64,000 nucleotides of DNA, taken from positions 6,946 to 70,945 of the forward strand of contig CBFIIW010000015.1 of assembly GCA_965662775.1 (NCBI GenBank). Direction: 5' to 3'. A program made the translations under genes and the position numbers. Below the pieces are notes generated by a model. It searched no databases. It was not told where the DNA came from and saw only the letters and a program-made list of their open reading frames with translations. Below are positions 19,675 through 28,578 of the stretch, one piece after another. The stretch is from Alphaproteobacteria bacterium. Lineage in GTDB: Bacteria > Pseudomonadota > Alphaproteobacteria > UBA7985. How positions within the stretch are numbered: position 1 is the first letter of the stretch; each line of letters begins with the position of its first letter.

Positions 19675-20652
19675 GTGGAAGAGTTTGACGATAGCGAGAA
19701 ACTGTCGCTGCACGTGGGCGAGGATGAGCGCGGCAAGCGCCTCGACCATCTGCTTGCGAAGCACTTTCCGGACATAAGTCGTTCGCGCATCAAAGCGCTG
19801 ATCGTCAAGGGGCAGGTGCGGATTGACAATGCTGTGGTCGCGGCACCGGCGCATCGTTTGCGTCAAAGTGACGGGCTGGTTGAGATGAGCGTGCCTGCGG
19901 CGGTGGCGGTACAACTGGTCGGGCAGGACCTGCCGCTGGATATCCTGTTTGAAGACGAACACCTGATCATCATCAATAAGGCCGCGGGGATGGTCGTGCA
20001 TCCGGCGCCAGGGCATCCCGACGGTACGTTGGTAAATGCGCTGCTTCATCATTGCGGTGAAAGCCTGCTCGGGATCGGGGGCGAGCGGCGGCCGGGTATT
20101 GTCCATCGGTTGGACAAGGACACCAGTGGCGTCATGGTTGTCGCAAAGCATCAGGCTGCCCATGAAGGGCTGTCAGCCCTGTTCGCTGCCCATGATCTGG
20201 AACGGGTCTATCAGGCCGTGCTTTGGGGCGCGCCCAGCCCAACGGAGGGTGTGGTGGAGGGTGCGATTGGTCGCGATCGGATGAATCGGAAGAAGATGGC
20301 TGTCGACCTTAAGCACGGAAAGGAAGCGGTCACTCACTATCGGGTGCTGCGGCATCTTGGATTAGGGGCGGCCTTGGTGGCCTGCAGGCTTGAAACCGGG
20401 CGCACGCATCAGATACGGGTGCATATGAGTGCCATCGGCCATTCGCTGTTGGGCGACCCTCTTTACGGACGGGCCTCGCCCGCGCGACGGTCACGGTTCG
20501 ACGAAAGCCAGCAAAAAGTTATCGCTGAATTCCCACGGCAGGCTCTCCACGCCGCTGTTCTTGGATTCGTTCACCCGATTGAAAAAACGTTTATTCGCTT
20601 TGAAAGCGAGATCCCGGCGGATATGAAAAATCTGCTCGACGCATTAAGCTAA
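19675..20652 (+). CDS. rluD: RluA-family 23S rRNA pseudouridine synthase (RluD-like) with an S4 domain
   Basis: HRLDKDTSGVMVVAK catalytic motif and GRTHQIRVHM. The GTG start is uncertain. Confidence 0.88.
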   Translation: MEEFDDSEKLSLHVGEDERGKRLDHLLAKHFPDISRSRIKALIVKGQVRIDNAVVAAPAHRLRQSDGLVEMSVPAAVAVQLVGQDLPLDILFEDEHLIIINKAAGMVVHPAPGHPDGTLVNALLHHCGESLLGIGGERRPGIVHRLDKDTSGVMVVAKHQAAHEGLSALFAAHDLERVYQAVLWGAPSPTEGVVEGAIGRDRMNRKKMAVDLKHGKEAVTHYRVLRHLGLGAALVACRLETGRTHQIRVHMSAIGHSLLGDPLYGRASPARRSRFDESQQKVIAEFPRQALHAAVLGFVHPIEKTFIRFESEIPADMKNLLDALS

Positions 20653-20882
20653 TTTATATTCATGATTTGTTCCGATAAAACTCGCATCTAACGCGTCTGT
20701 GAGCACAAAATAGTGCATTTTTAGCACACTTTTTCCTTGGGAGGTCTTGAAATCACCGCTAGTCATGCTTTTGTTAACAACAAGAAAAGCGCGCAAAACG
20801 CGAAAAATTGAACGCTCGTGTCACGAGCGCCACAGTCCACCACCTGTGGCAGATGCGAGTTTGCAAGTTAAGGAGATGAACC

Positions 20883-21779
20883 ATGGCTAACGTAGCATCG
20901 ATTCCGAGTTTGACCGGGGAAGGCAATCTTTCCCGCTACCTCGATGAAATCCGAAAGTTTCCGATGCTGTCGGCCGACGAAGAATTCATGCTGGCCAAGG
21001 CGTGGGCTGAACGGGAAGATACCCAGGCGGCGCACAAGATGGTCACGTCCCACCTCCGCCTCGTCGCGAAGATCGCGATGGGCTACCGCGGCTACGGCCT
21101 GCCTGTTTCGGATCTGATTTCTGAAGGCAACGTGGGGATGATGCAGGCAGTCAAGCGGTTCGACGCTGACAAGGGTTTTCGCCTCGCGACCTATGCCATG
21201 TGGTGGATTCGGGCATCGATTCAGGAATATATCCTGCGGTCTTGGTCTTTGGTGAAGATGGGCACAACGGCGGCGCAGAAGAAGCTGTTCTTCAACTTGC
21301 GCAAGCTCAAAGGGCAGATGCAGGCCATCGACGATGGTGACCTCTCGCCCGAGCACGTGAAGAAGATCGCAAACCACCTCGATGTCCCCGAGGAAGAGGT
21401 GGTGAACATGAATCGCCGGATGGCTGGCGCCGACCACTCGCTCAACGCGCCACTCCGGGCGGACAGTGAGGGTGAATGGCAGGACTGGCTTGTCGATGAT
21501 GACCAGACCAGCCAGGAAACGGCGCTGGTGGAAAGCGACGAGTTTGCCAAACGACACGCGCTTCTAGAGGAGGCGATGGCCGACCTCAACGAGCGCGAAA
21601 AGCACATTATTACGGAGCGCCGGTTGGCCGAAGATCCGACCACGCTCGAAGACCTTGCCAAGGTCTACAATATCTCGCGCGAGCGAGTGCGGCAGATCGA
21701 AGTTCGTGCCTTCGAGAAGCTACAGCAGAAAATGGTCTCTATGGCCAAGGAACAGCGATTGCCGATGGCAGTCGCTTAG
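20883..21779 (+). CDS. rpoH: RNA polymerase sigma-32 heat-shock factor RpoH
   Basis: LVTSHLRLVAKIA, GNVGMMQAVKRFD and the RpoH box QKKLFFNLRK. The SD AAGGAG lies upstream. Confidence 0.95.
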   Translation: MANVASIPSLTGEGNLSRYLDEIRKFPMLSADEEFMLAKAWAEREDTQAAHKMVTSHLRLVAKIAMGYRGYGLPVSDLISEGNVGMMQAVKRFDADKGFRLATYAMWWIRASIQEYILRSWSLVKMGTTAAQKKLFFNLRKLKGQMQAIDDGDLSPEHVKKIANHLDVPEEEVVNMNRRMAGADHSLNAPLRADSEGEWQDWLVDDDQTSQETALVESDEFAKRHALLEEAMADLNEREKHIITERRLAEDPTTLEDLAKVYNISRERVRQIEVRAFEKLQQKMVSMAKEQRLPMAVA

Positions 21780-21876
21780 ACGACGCGACCTAGAGGAAGG
21801 ATGCCCGCAGTCAGGGCTTTTTCAGCCTCTTCTCCATACCCCTCGCCGCTCGCACCCCAACTGAGCAGCGACACTC

Positions 21877-21921
21877 GGCCCTGCTGGATAAACATCTCCA
21901 ACCAGCAGGGCCCTTTTTTTT
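21877..21921 (+). terminator. Rho-independent terminator after rpoH
   Basis: A perfect 11-bp stem GGCCCTGCTGG/CCAGCAGGGCC with a 14-nt loop, followed by C and T8. Confidence 0.85.
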
Positions 21922-21986
21922 GCGGAAACCGCGTTGAACAGTGTAAGATTTGTCCCACTGAATTGACTGACACGGGAGCAGGTCTC

Positions 21987-22406
21987 ATGCGCTATCTCCA
22001 CACTATGGTCCGGGTTCGAGACATCGACGACAGCAAGCGTTTCTACTGCGATGGTCTTGGCCTTAAAGAGATCCGCCGATACGAGAACGAAGCCGGCCGT
22101 TTCACCCTCGTGTTTCTCGCGCCAGAAGGGCAGGAAGAGTGCCCAATTGAACTGACTTACAATTGGGATCCTGAGGACTATCAGGGCGGGCGTAACTTTG
22201 GTCACCTGGCCTATGAGACCGGCGATATCTATGCACTTTGTCACCACCTGAACGCCATGGGCTACACCATCAACCGGCCACCAAGGGATGGGCGTATGGC
22301 CTTTGTGCGTTCACCAGACGGCATTTCCGTCGAGTTGTTGCAGGCAGGCGAGGCCCTTGCCCCAGCCGACCCATGGGCAAGCATGGACAACACAGGCTCC
22401 TGGTAA
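21987..22406 (+). CDS. gloA: Lactoylglutathione lyase (glyoxalase I)
   Basis: The internal ATG at 21987 gives MRYLHTMVRVRDIDDSKRFY..GHLAYE.. (VOC fold), 139 aa. The longer ORF would run through the terminator. Confidence 0.85.
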   Translation: MRYLHTMVRVRDIDDSKRFYCDGLGLKEIRRYENEAGRFTLVFLAPEGQEECPIELTYNWDPEDYQGGRNFGHLAYETGDIYALCHHLNAMGYTINRPPRDGRMAFVRSPDGISVELLQAGEALAPADPWASMDNTGSW

Positions 22407-22447
22407 ATGCTGCAAATCTGGCCTAGCGCGGGCTTAGTGTTCTGAAC

Positions 22448-25216
22448 ATGGGTCGCTTACTCTCACTCTTCGCCTTTTTGCTGCTGCTGCTGATGGCGCT
22501 GGCCGTCGGCGCTGTGCTTGCCCTGCCGCTGTTCCCGGTTGACCGCTTTGCTGGCCAGATCGAAGCAGCGGTGGAGGAGGCAACAGGCCTGTCGGTACAA
22601 CTCAATGGTCCGATCCGGTTGGCGGCCGTGCCGGAGTTGAAATTCGATCTCGGCGATTTTGTAATCGAAGCCACTGATCCGCGCCTACCCGCTATCGTGC
22701 GGGCCGAGGCTGCGGCGCTGTCGCTAAACACCCGCGATTTGCTGCGGGGAGCGGTTAGCGTGACCCGGATGCGGCTCAGTGGTGCCGTCGTCGACTTGCG
22801 CTTGGACGCCGATGGTGGGATCGCCGGCCTGCCTGATTTTGGTGGCAGCGGACAACAATCTGAGCGTAGCGTAGGTCTGCCCAAGGCCCTGCGGCTAGAC
22901 GGCGTGGTGCTGGAACGCAGCCGTCTGCGGCTCGCTGATGCGGATGGCCAGAGACTGGTCGCGCTGACGGATATCAATATGGAAGCGGCGCTGGATGATC
23001 TGGCTGGCCCGCTGAGCCTTAGCGCGCGGGGGCAGTGGCAGGAAACGCCGATACGGTTTGAAGGCCAGGTCGACAATCTCGATCGTTTTCTGCGCACGCA
23101 AGCGGTCATGCTTGATGGCGAAATAGCATTTGCCGACGTCCGCGCCAGTGTGGTGGGTGATGTCGATTTAGCGACTGGTGAGCCGGCACTGTTTGGCTGG
23201 CGGGTCAATGCTCAGGGGCCTGATCTGAGCGATCTGCTGGGCCGGCTAGGGATTGCCCTGCCTGTTGATTCGCGCTTGCTCCCCGGCTTTGAGGCTATAC
23301 TGATGTTCGACTATGATGCCGGATTACTGTCGGCCCCGCAAATCATCGCACAAGTCGGAGATGCTCGCCTCAGTTTACCCGTCCAAGCGATCTTTTCCCC
23401 CTCCGGCCGCCTCTCTTTCGAGAGCCTCGAACCAATGAGCTTCAGCGACCCGAGCTTGAATCGCTGGCTGACCGGCAGTGTCGCGGGGCAGGGGTTGGGT
23501 TTGCCTTCTGACCCCGAATTGTTCGGGGTGACGCGGCTGCAGAGTAGCTTCAGCGGATCACTGGCGGCTGATGGTGTGCTGCGCTTGCAAGCCCGCAATA
23601 CGGCAGCGGCGATCGGGGGGCAGTCTGTGCAGTTCGACAGTATGCGGCTCACCGCAAGCGCCGGGTTCTTCGCCGGGGCAAGCATAGACGGGCTGCAGGT
23701 CAGCATCCCGAGCCTGCGCCGTGTGTTGCGTACCTTCGATGCCGTCCCAGAAGGGTTGGAGCCGGGTGCGCTGGGTGCTATGACCCTGTCTGGGAATGCG
23801 CGTCTGTCCGATAGCGAAGCTTCCGTATTCAACGCAGTATTGACTCTAGACGATCAGCGCGCCCAGGGCTCGGCAAGCATCGTGTTTGACACCGTACCGG
23901 TGATTAGTGCCACGCTGGGTGGGGGCAGTCTCGACCTTAGCCCCTACCTCAATCTTCAGCCCTCTTCAGCGGACAACCGCAGGCAGCAGGCCGCCGTAGA
24001 TCCGACGGCGCCTTGGGGAACAGAACCCTTTGACTTCAGCGCCTTTGGGAAGGTCAATGCACAGATTTCTGCCTCTCTCGAAGGGCTGGATCTGGGTATC
24101 ACGCGCTTTGGCCTCTCGCGTGCGAGTCTGGTACTCGAGGACGGCATCATGCAGGCGCAGGTCGATGAAACGGCCGTCTATCGTGGCGCCGCCCGGGGCC
24201 GAATACTGATCGATGCGCGAGGGCCGGTGCCTTCAATGAATGCACAACTGCAGGCCGATGCGGTACAGGCCGGCGACATTCTGCGCGACTTCCTTGGTAT
24301 CGAGTTTGTCGAAGGCGCGACCCAGACCAACATCAGCCTTGCCACCCAAGGGCCGACGCCCCAGGCGTGGATGGAGAACCTTGTGGGCGGAGTTCGGACA
24401 GAGGTAGCGCCTTCTGCCTTGCGCGGGTGGGACATCCCACGTCTGGTCGACAGCCTGCGGTCGGGAACTTTACTGCAAAGCTCTGCGACCAACAGTTTCT
24501 TCATAGGTGAACAGTTCAGTACCATCCTGCAAAGGCTGGCGGCGACCGGAACCATCCAGAACGGTGTCCTCCGCCACGAAGATTTTCTGGCCAATACCCA
24601 GGCTCTGTCAATTTCGGGGCGCGGCGATATCGATCTTGCGCGGCAGCGGTTGGACTATGGACTTACGATCGACGTGCAGGACGGATCGCTAGTGATCCCG
24701 TTACGCATTATTGGCAGTTGGGATCAACCTGAGTTGACCATCGACGGCCCTGCACTGCTCGCTTGGCTCAAGGGTAATCCAGATGTTCTTTCAGCCATCG
24801 CTGGCTTGTGGGATCTGGATCAGTACCTGCCGGAGGGGGCCTCGGTTGCCTCTCTGGAGGCGGAAGCAAGGGCCTACATTAACGCTGAGGCCGCGCGCAT
24901 TCTCACCCAGGCCCAGGCCTTTGAGCAGCAGATTGAACAGGCCGTACTCGACGAACGTAACCGCATCTCGCAGCAGTTGAGCGACGAGGCGGCTCGCCAG
25001 CGTGCCATCGTTGAGCAACAGGCAGCAGAAGCCTATGCGCAGTTGCAGGCGCAACGGGACGCCATCCAGGCGAGGGCGCAGGCGGAGATTGAGGCGGCAG
25101 AGCAGCAAGCGCTGGAAGCCCGCCGTCAGCTCGAGCAGCGCCTGCAAGATGAGGCGAACCGTGCGGTCGAAGACAGCCTCGATGCCATTGGTCTGGGTGG
25201 GTTGTTTGGGAACTAA
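22448..25216 (+). CDS. AsmA-family outer-membrane biogenesis protein with a C-terminal coiled-coil-like tail
   Basis: 922 aa with an N-terminal TM anchor and an AsmA-like N-terminal region (..DRFAGQIEAAVEEATGLSVQLNGPIRLAAVPELKFDLGD..). Confidence 0.7.
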   Translation: MGRLLSLFAFLLLLLMALAVGAVLALPLFPVDRFAGQIEAAVEEATGLSVQLNGPIRLAAVPELKFDLGDFVIEATDPRLPAIVRAEAAALSLNTRDLLRGAVSVTRMRLSGAVVDLRLDADGGIAGLPDFGGSGQQSERSVGLPKALRLDGVVLERSRLRLADADGQRLVALTDINMEAALDDLAGPLSLSARGQWQETPIRFEGQVDNLDRFLRTQAVMLDGEIAFADVRASVVGDVDLATGEPALFGWRVNAQGPDLSDLLGRLGIALPVDSRLLPGFEAILMFDYDAGLLSAPQIIAQVGDARLSLPVQAIFSPSGRLSFESLEPMSFSDPSLNRWLTGSVAGQGLGLPSDPELFGVTRLQSSFSGSLAADGVLRLQARNTAAAIGGQSVQFDSMRLTASAGFFAGASIDGLQVSIPSLRRVLRTFDAVPEGLEPGALGAMTLSGNARLSDSEASVFNAVLTLDDQRAQGSASIVFDTVPVISATLGGGSLDLSPYLNLQPSSADNRRQQAAVDPTAPWGTEPFDFSAFGKVNAQISASLEGLDLGITRFGLSRASLVLEDGIMQAQVDETAVYRGAARGRILIDARGPVPSMNAQLQADAVQAGDILRDFLGIEFVEGATQTNISLATQGPTPQAWMENLVGGVRTEVAPSALRGWDIPRLVDSLRSGTLLQSSATNSFFIGEQFSTILQRLAATGTIQNGVLRHEDFLANTQALSISGRGDIDLARQRLDYGLTIDVQDGSLVIPLRIIGSWDQPELTIDGPALLAWLKGNPDVLSAIAGLWDLDQYLPEGASVASLEAEARAYINAEAARILTQAQAFEQQIEQAVLDERNRISQQLSDEAARQRAIVEQQAAEAYAQLQAQRDAIQARAQAEIEAAEQQALEARRQLEQRLQDEANRAVEDSLDAIGLGGLFGN

Positions 25217-25266
25217 TGCTCGAACCAACCGCGCGTCAGGCTTAGCGCGAGCGATTTCCTCGTCGG

Positions 25267-26265
25267 TCAACGCGTACCGGGCGGTTCGTCAAGGTTTAGG
25301 GTGAACTGACGGTCATCGTGAGTGACGTTGAACCGCTCTTGCCGGACCCAGTCGACCAGCAGGCCTTCTCGGATTCCATATTGGGAAAAGCGTACATGAG
25401 ACACCTTGCTTTGTCGGATCAGCCGGCGGAGTACCAAGGCGGCGTAGGGCAGTGTGTCGGCACGGTCCGGTCGCCGGATGTAGGGGCGCATGCGGTCTGG
25501 TTTTTCCCTGATGATTTGCGCAGCGAAACGGCGAGCCTTGCGACCCTTGAGGCCATAGCCTTCGATCAACTGCGGCAGGGGCTCGCGCTGGATCAGGCGG
25601 TGCAGGGTAGCCATGGCCCGCCACGACCCCCCGACAAGATGCAGGGTTTCATCCTCGCAATCGTGGAGGAAATCCACACGCTTCAGCGACTCACGGATAA
25701 GTTTCCGTGCGCGTTGGTGTTTGCCGCCTGACTGTTCAAGCAGTCGCAGTACCCCCAGTGGCAGCGACGTCATGGATGAATCCTCACCTCGGCTGAGTTC
25801 CAGTGAACCTCCGCCAAGATCGGCGAACAGGCCGCTAGCCTGTGGCGCGCCAAACTGCACCCCAAGCGTGGCGTAGTAGGCTTCTTCTTCTCCGGTCAGA
25901 ACCCGTGGTGGCGCGCCGAAGGCGCGGGCGATCAGGTTGATTAGACGGTCGGCGTTGCGGGCATCACGCACAGCCGCAGTAGCGAGCACGTCGATGTAGG
26001 CGTTGGGGGCCTCCTTGGCCAGGGCGCGCCGGAAGTCACGAATGGCGCGGCATGCGTGAGCAAGGTTTGCCGCTTGCATCTCGCCGGTTGCCGCCAATCC
26101 GTGGCCCAGTCGGCAGGGCTCGCGCATATTAAACACCTCACGCCAGTTGGACCAGCGGGGTTCCAGGTCTATGCTTTGCTTTCGGAACAGGACCAACCGG
26201 ACAGTGTTGGACCCGATGTCCAGCACACCCAGAGGCGGGACGCTATGGTGTTCGGCGATGCGCAC
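25267..26265 (-). CDS. ppx: Ppx/GppA family exopolyphosphatase
   Basis: LGVLDIGSNTVRLVLF and ADLGGGSLEL actin-like ATPase motifs. It lies 20 nt downstream of ppk. Confidence 0.88.
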   Translation of the reverse strand: MRIAEHHSVPPLGVLDIGSNTVRLVLFRKQSIDLEPRWSNWREVFNMREPCRLGHGLAATGEMQAANLAHACRAIRDFRRALAKEAPNAYIDVLATAAVRDARNADRLINLIARAFGAPPRVLTGEEEAYYATLGVQFGAPQASGLFADLGGGSLELSRGEDSSMTSLPLGVLRLLEQSGGKHQRARKLIRESLKRVDFLHDCEDETLHLVGGSWRAMATLHRLIQREPLPQLIEGYGLKGRKARRFAAQIIREKPDRMRPYIRRPDRADTLPYAALVLRRLIRQSKVSHVRFSQYGIREGLLVDWVRQERFNVTHDDRQFTLNLDEPPGTR

Positions 26266-26285
26266 TGGTCCTCATGAGCTCCTGT

Positions 26286-28550
26286 TCAGGTGCCCATGCC
26301 CCTTGTTTTGACTTCGGCCCCTGTTTGGTTGGCGAGGTTGGGCTTGATGTTGTTCTTAACTTTATTTTTGCCCTTTATCTTTCCTTTGCCCTTTCCCTTT
26401 CCGCTGCTGCCAGCGCGCCCTCGCCCGGACAGGCTTGGATTTTCCATGAAATATTGATGGCTGGAAATGGACTTCGAGGCTTCGGCTGTGCGATGGACAT
26501 AACTGCCGTCGGACCGCAGGACCCATGTGTTAGCGGTATCCCGCAGATTAGTCATCATGATCTCGTCGAGAATCTGCTGGTGCACGGTTTCATTGAGGAT
26601 TGGGATTAGGGTTTCGACCCGTCGGTTTATGTTGCGTGGCATCCAGTCAGCCGAGGAAATGAACACGCGCGCTTGGCGTGACGGCAGGGTCGCGCCGTTC
26701 GCAAAGCAACAGATGCGGGAGTGTTCCAGGAAACGACCGATGATAGAGGTGACGGAGATGGTTTCCGAAAGCCCTTTGATCCCTGGTCGCAGGCAGCAGA
26801 TGCCCCTGATGACCAGCTCGATCTTCACACCGGCCTGAGAGGCGACATAGAGGGCGTCAATGATCTCCGGATCGACCAGAGAATTCATTTTTGCCCAGAT
26901 CCCGGACGGCTCACCCGCCCGCGCAGCAGCAGTCTCCCCGTTAATCGCGTCCATCAGCGTTTCGCGCATATTCAGTGGCGCCAGCGAAAGCCGGTTCATC
27001 GCTGATGGGACGGCGTAGGAGGTCATATAGTTAAACAGCCGCCCTGCATCCTGCGCGAATTCGACATCATCGGTGAAGTAAGACAAATCCGTGTAGATGC
27101 GCGCGGTGATTGGGTGGTAGTTGCCAGTGCCGAAGTGGCAGTAGGTGCGCATACCCCCGGCTTCCCGGCGCGCCACGAGACTGACCTTGGCGTGGGTCTT
27201 CAGTTCGAGGAAGCCATAGACGACTTGTACGCCTGCGCGTTCCATGTCCCGCGCCCAGCGGATGTTGGCTTCTTCGTCGAAGCGAGCCTTGAGTTCGACC
27301 AGCGCAGTAACCGATTTGCCGGCTTCAGCCGCTTGCTTGAGCGCCGAGATGATCGGGCTATCGTTCGATGTCCGATAGAGCGTCTGCTTGATTGCCACAA
27401 CATCGGGGTCAGCGGCGGCTTGATGGAGGAAACGCACCACCACGTCGAAGCTCTCGAACGGATGGTGGATGACAAAATCCTTAGCCCGGATCGCGGCGAA
27501 GCAGTCGCCGTCGAAGTCACGCACGCGGTCGGGGTAGCGGGGTTCGTAGGGCTGGAATTTGAGCTCAGGACGGTCGATGTCGCAGATTTCGCTGAGCTGA
27601 GCGAGGTTGATATCGCGGCCCATGCGAACGCAGTCCTCTTGTTCAAGCCCAAATTCTTCAAGCAGTGCAGTCACCAGATGATCAGGCACACGGTCGTCAA
27701 CGTTGATCGAAACCGAGTCACCCCGCGTTCGCCGCTTGAGGGCGGTTTCAAACAGCCGAACGAGATCTTCGGCCTCTTCCGCAAGCTCAATGTCACTGTC
27801 GCGGAACAGTTGGAAAAACCCGGGATTTTCGACCCGGAACCCGGGGAACAAATGGTCGAGGTAGATGTGAAGGACCTCGGCCGCGGGAACGATGCGCGAA
27901 TGCCCCTTTGGGTTGCGGGGCAGTCGGATGAAACCGGGCATATCTGACGGGATCATCAGCAGGCCGGTGAAGCGGCGATTGTCGCTTTGCCGGGTCAGTT
28001 CCATGACCATGGAAACCGCAAGATTCCGGATGAAGGGAAACGGATGCGAAGGGTCGACCGAGATCGGTGTCAGCACCGGCAGCCATTCAGTCTCAAAGGT
28101 TTCTTCAAGGTGTTGACGTTCACTGTCAGACAATTCGCTGCGGTCGATAATATCGATATTTCGCTGCTTCAACTCATTCCGCAAATCGTGCCAGACTTCG
28201 AGTTGGCGGAGCTGCAGGTCACGGACCCGTGCGGCGGTCATGGCGACCTGCTGAGCCGAGGTCAGGCCCTCGGGTGAGTGAGTGTCCATCCGCGCGCGGA
28301 CCTGTGCCTTGAGTCCGGCGAAGCGCACCATGATGAATTCTTCGAGGTTGGTCGCCGAAATGGCGACGAAGCGCAGGCGCTCCAACAGCGGATGCTGTTC
28401 GCGTTGGGCTTCGGCGAGAACGCGCTCATTGAATCCCAGCCAGGATATCTCCCGATTGATGAAGCGCTCAGGTGCATCCATGCCGATCTGTTCAGCCAGC
28501 AGCAGGGGTTCCAGATCGTCGCGGTCTGGTGCTGTCAATGGCTTGTCCAT
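26286..28550 (-). CDS. ppk: Polyphosphate kinase 1 with a Lys/Gly-rich C-terminal tail
   Basis: FINREISWLGFNERVL.., HAKVSLV, RFLEHSRI and SSADWMPRN motifs. The ATG at 28550 is preceded by GGAGGGGGAAG and avoids overlap with the MATE gene. Confidence 0.93.
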   Translation of the reverse strand: MDKPLTAPDRDDLEPLLLAEQIGMDAPERFINREISWLGFNERVLAEAQREQHPLLERLRFVAISATNLEEFIMVRFAGLKAQVRARMDTHSPEGLTSAQQVAMTAARVRDLQLRQLEVWHDLRNELKQRNIDIIDRSELSDSERQHLEETFETEWLPVLTPISVDPSHPFPFIRNLAVSMVMELTRQSDNRRFTGLLMIPSDMPGFIRLPRNPKGHSRIVPAAEVLHIYLDHLFPGFRVENPGFFQLFRDSDIELAEEAEDLVRLFETALKRRTRGDSVSINVDDRVPDHLVTALLEEFGLEQEDCVRMGRDINLAQLSEICDIDRPELKFQPYEPRYPDRVRDFDGDCFAAIRAKDFVIHHPFESFDVVVRFLHQAAADPDVVAIKQTLYRTSNDSPIISALKQAAEAGKSVTALVELKARFDEEANIRWARDMERAGVQVVYGFLELKTHAKVSLVARREAGGMRTYCHFGTGNYHPITARIYTDLSYFTDDVEFAQDAGRLFNYMTSYAVPSAMNRLSLAPLNMRETLMDAINGETAAARAGEPSGIWAKMNSLVDPEIIDALYVASQAGVKIELVIRGICCLRPGIKGLSETISVTSIIGRFLEHSRICCFANGATLPSRQARVFISSADWMPRNINRRVETLIPILNETVHQQILDEIMMTNLRDTANTWVLRSDGSYVHRTAEASKSISSHQYFMENPSLSGRGRAGSSGKGKGKGKIKGKNKVKNNIKPNLANQTGAEVKTRGMGT

Positions 28551-28578
28551 ATGGCTTCCCCCTCCGTTAATGCGGTTA

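Noticed and set aside
22423-23208. A 261-aa minus-strand ORF inside asmA. Comparable antisense ORFs lie at 36449-37153 (within rpsB), 12075-12707 (within adk) and 16630-17505 (opposite the oxidoreductase).
   Set aside because: Same reasoning. Their composition is the Ser/Arg/Ala/Pro-rich type typical of antisense frames. They have no SD or start context, and the sense-strand genes have clear family motifs.
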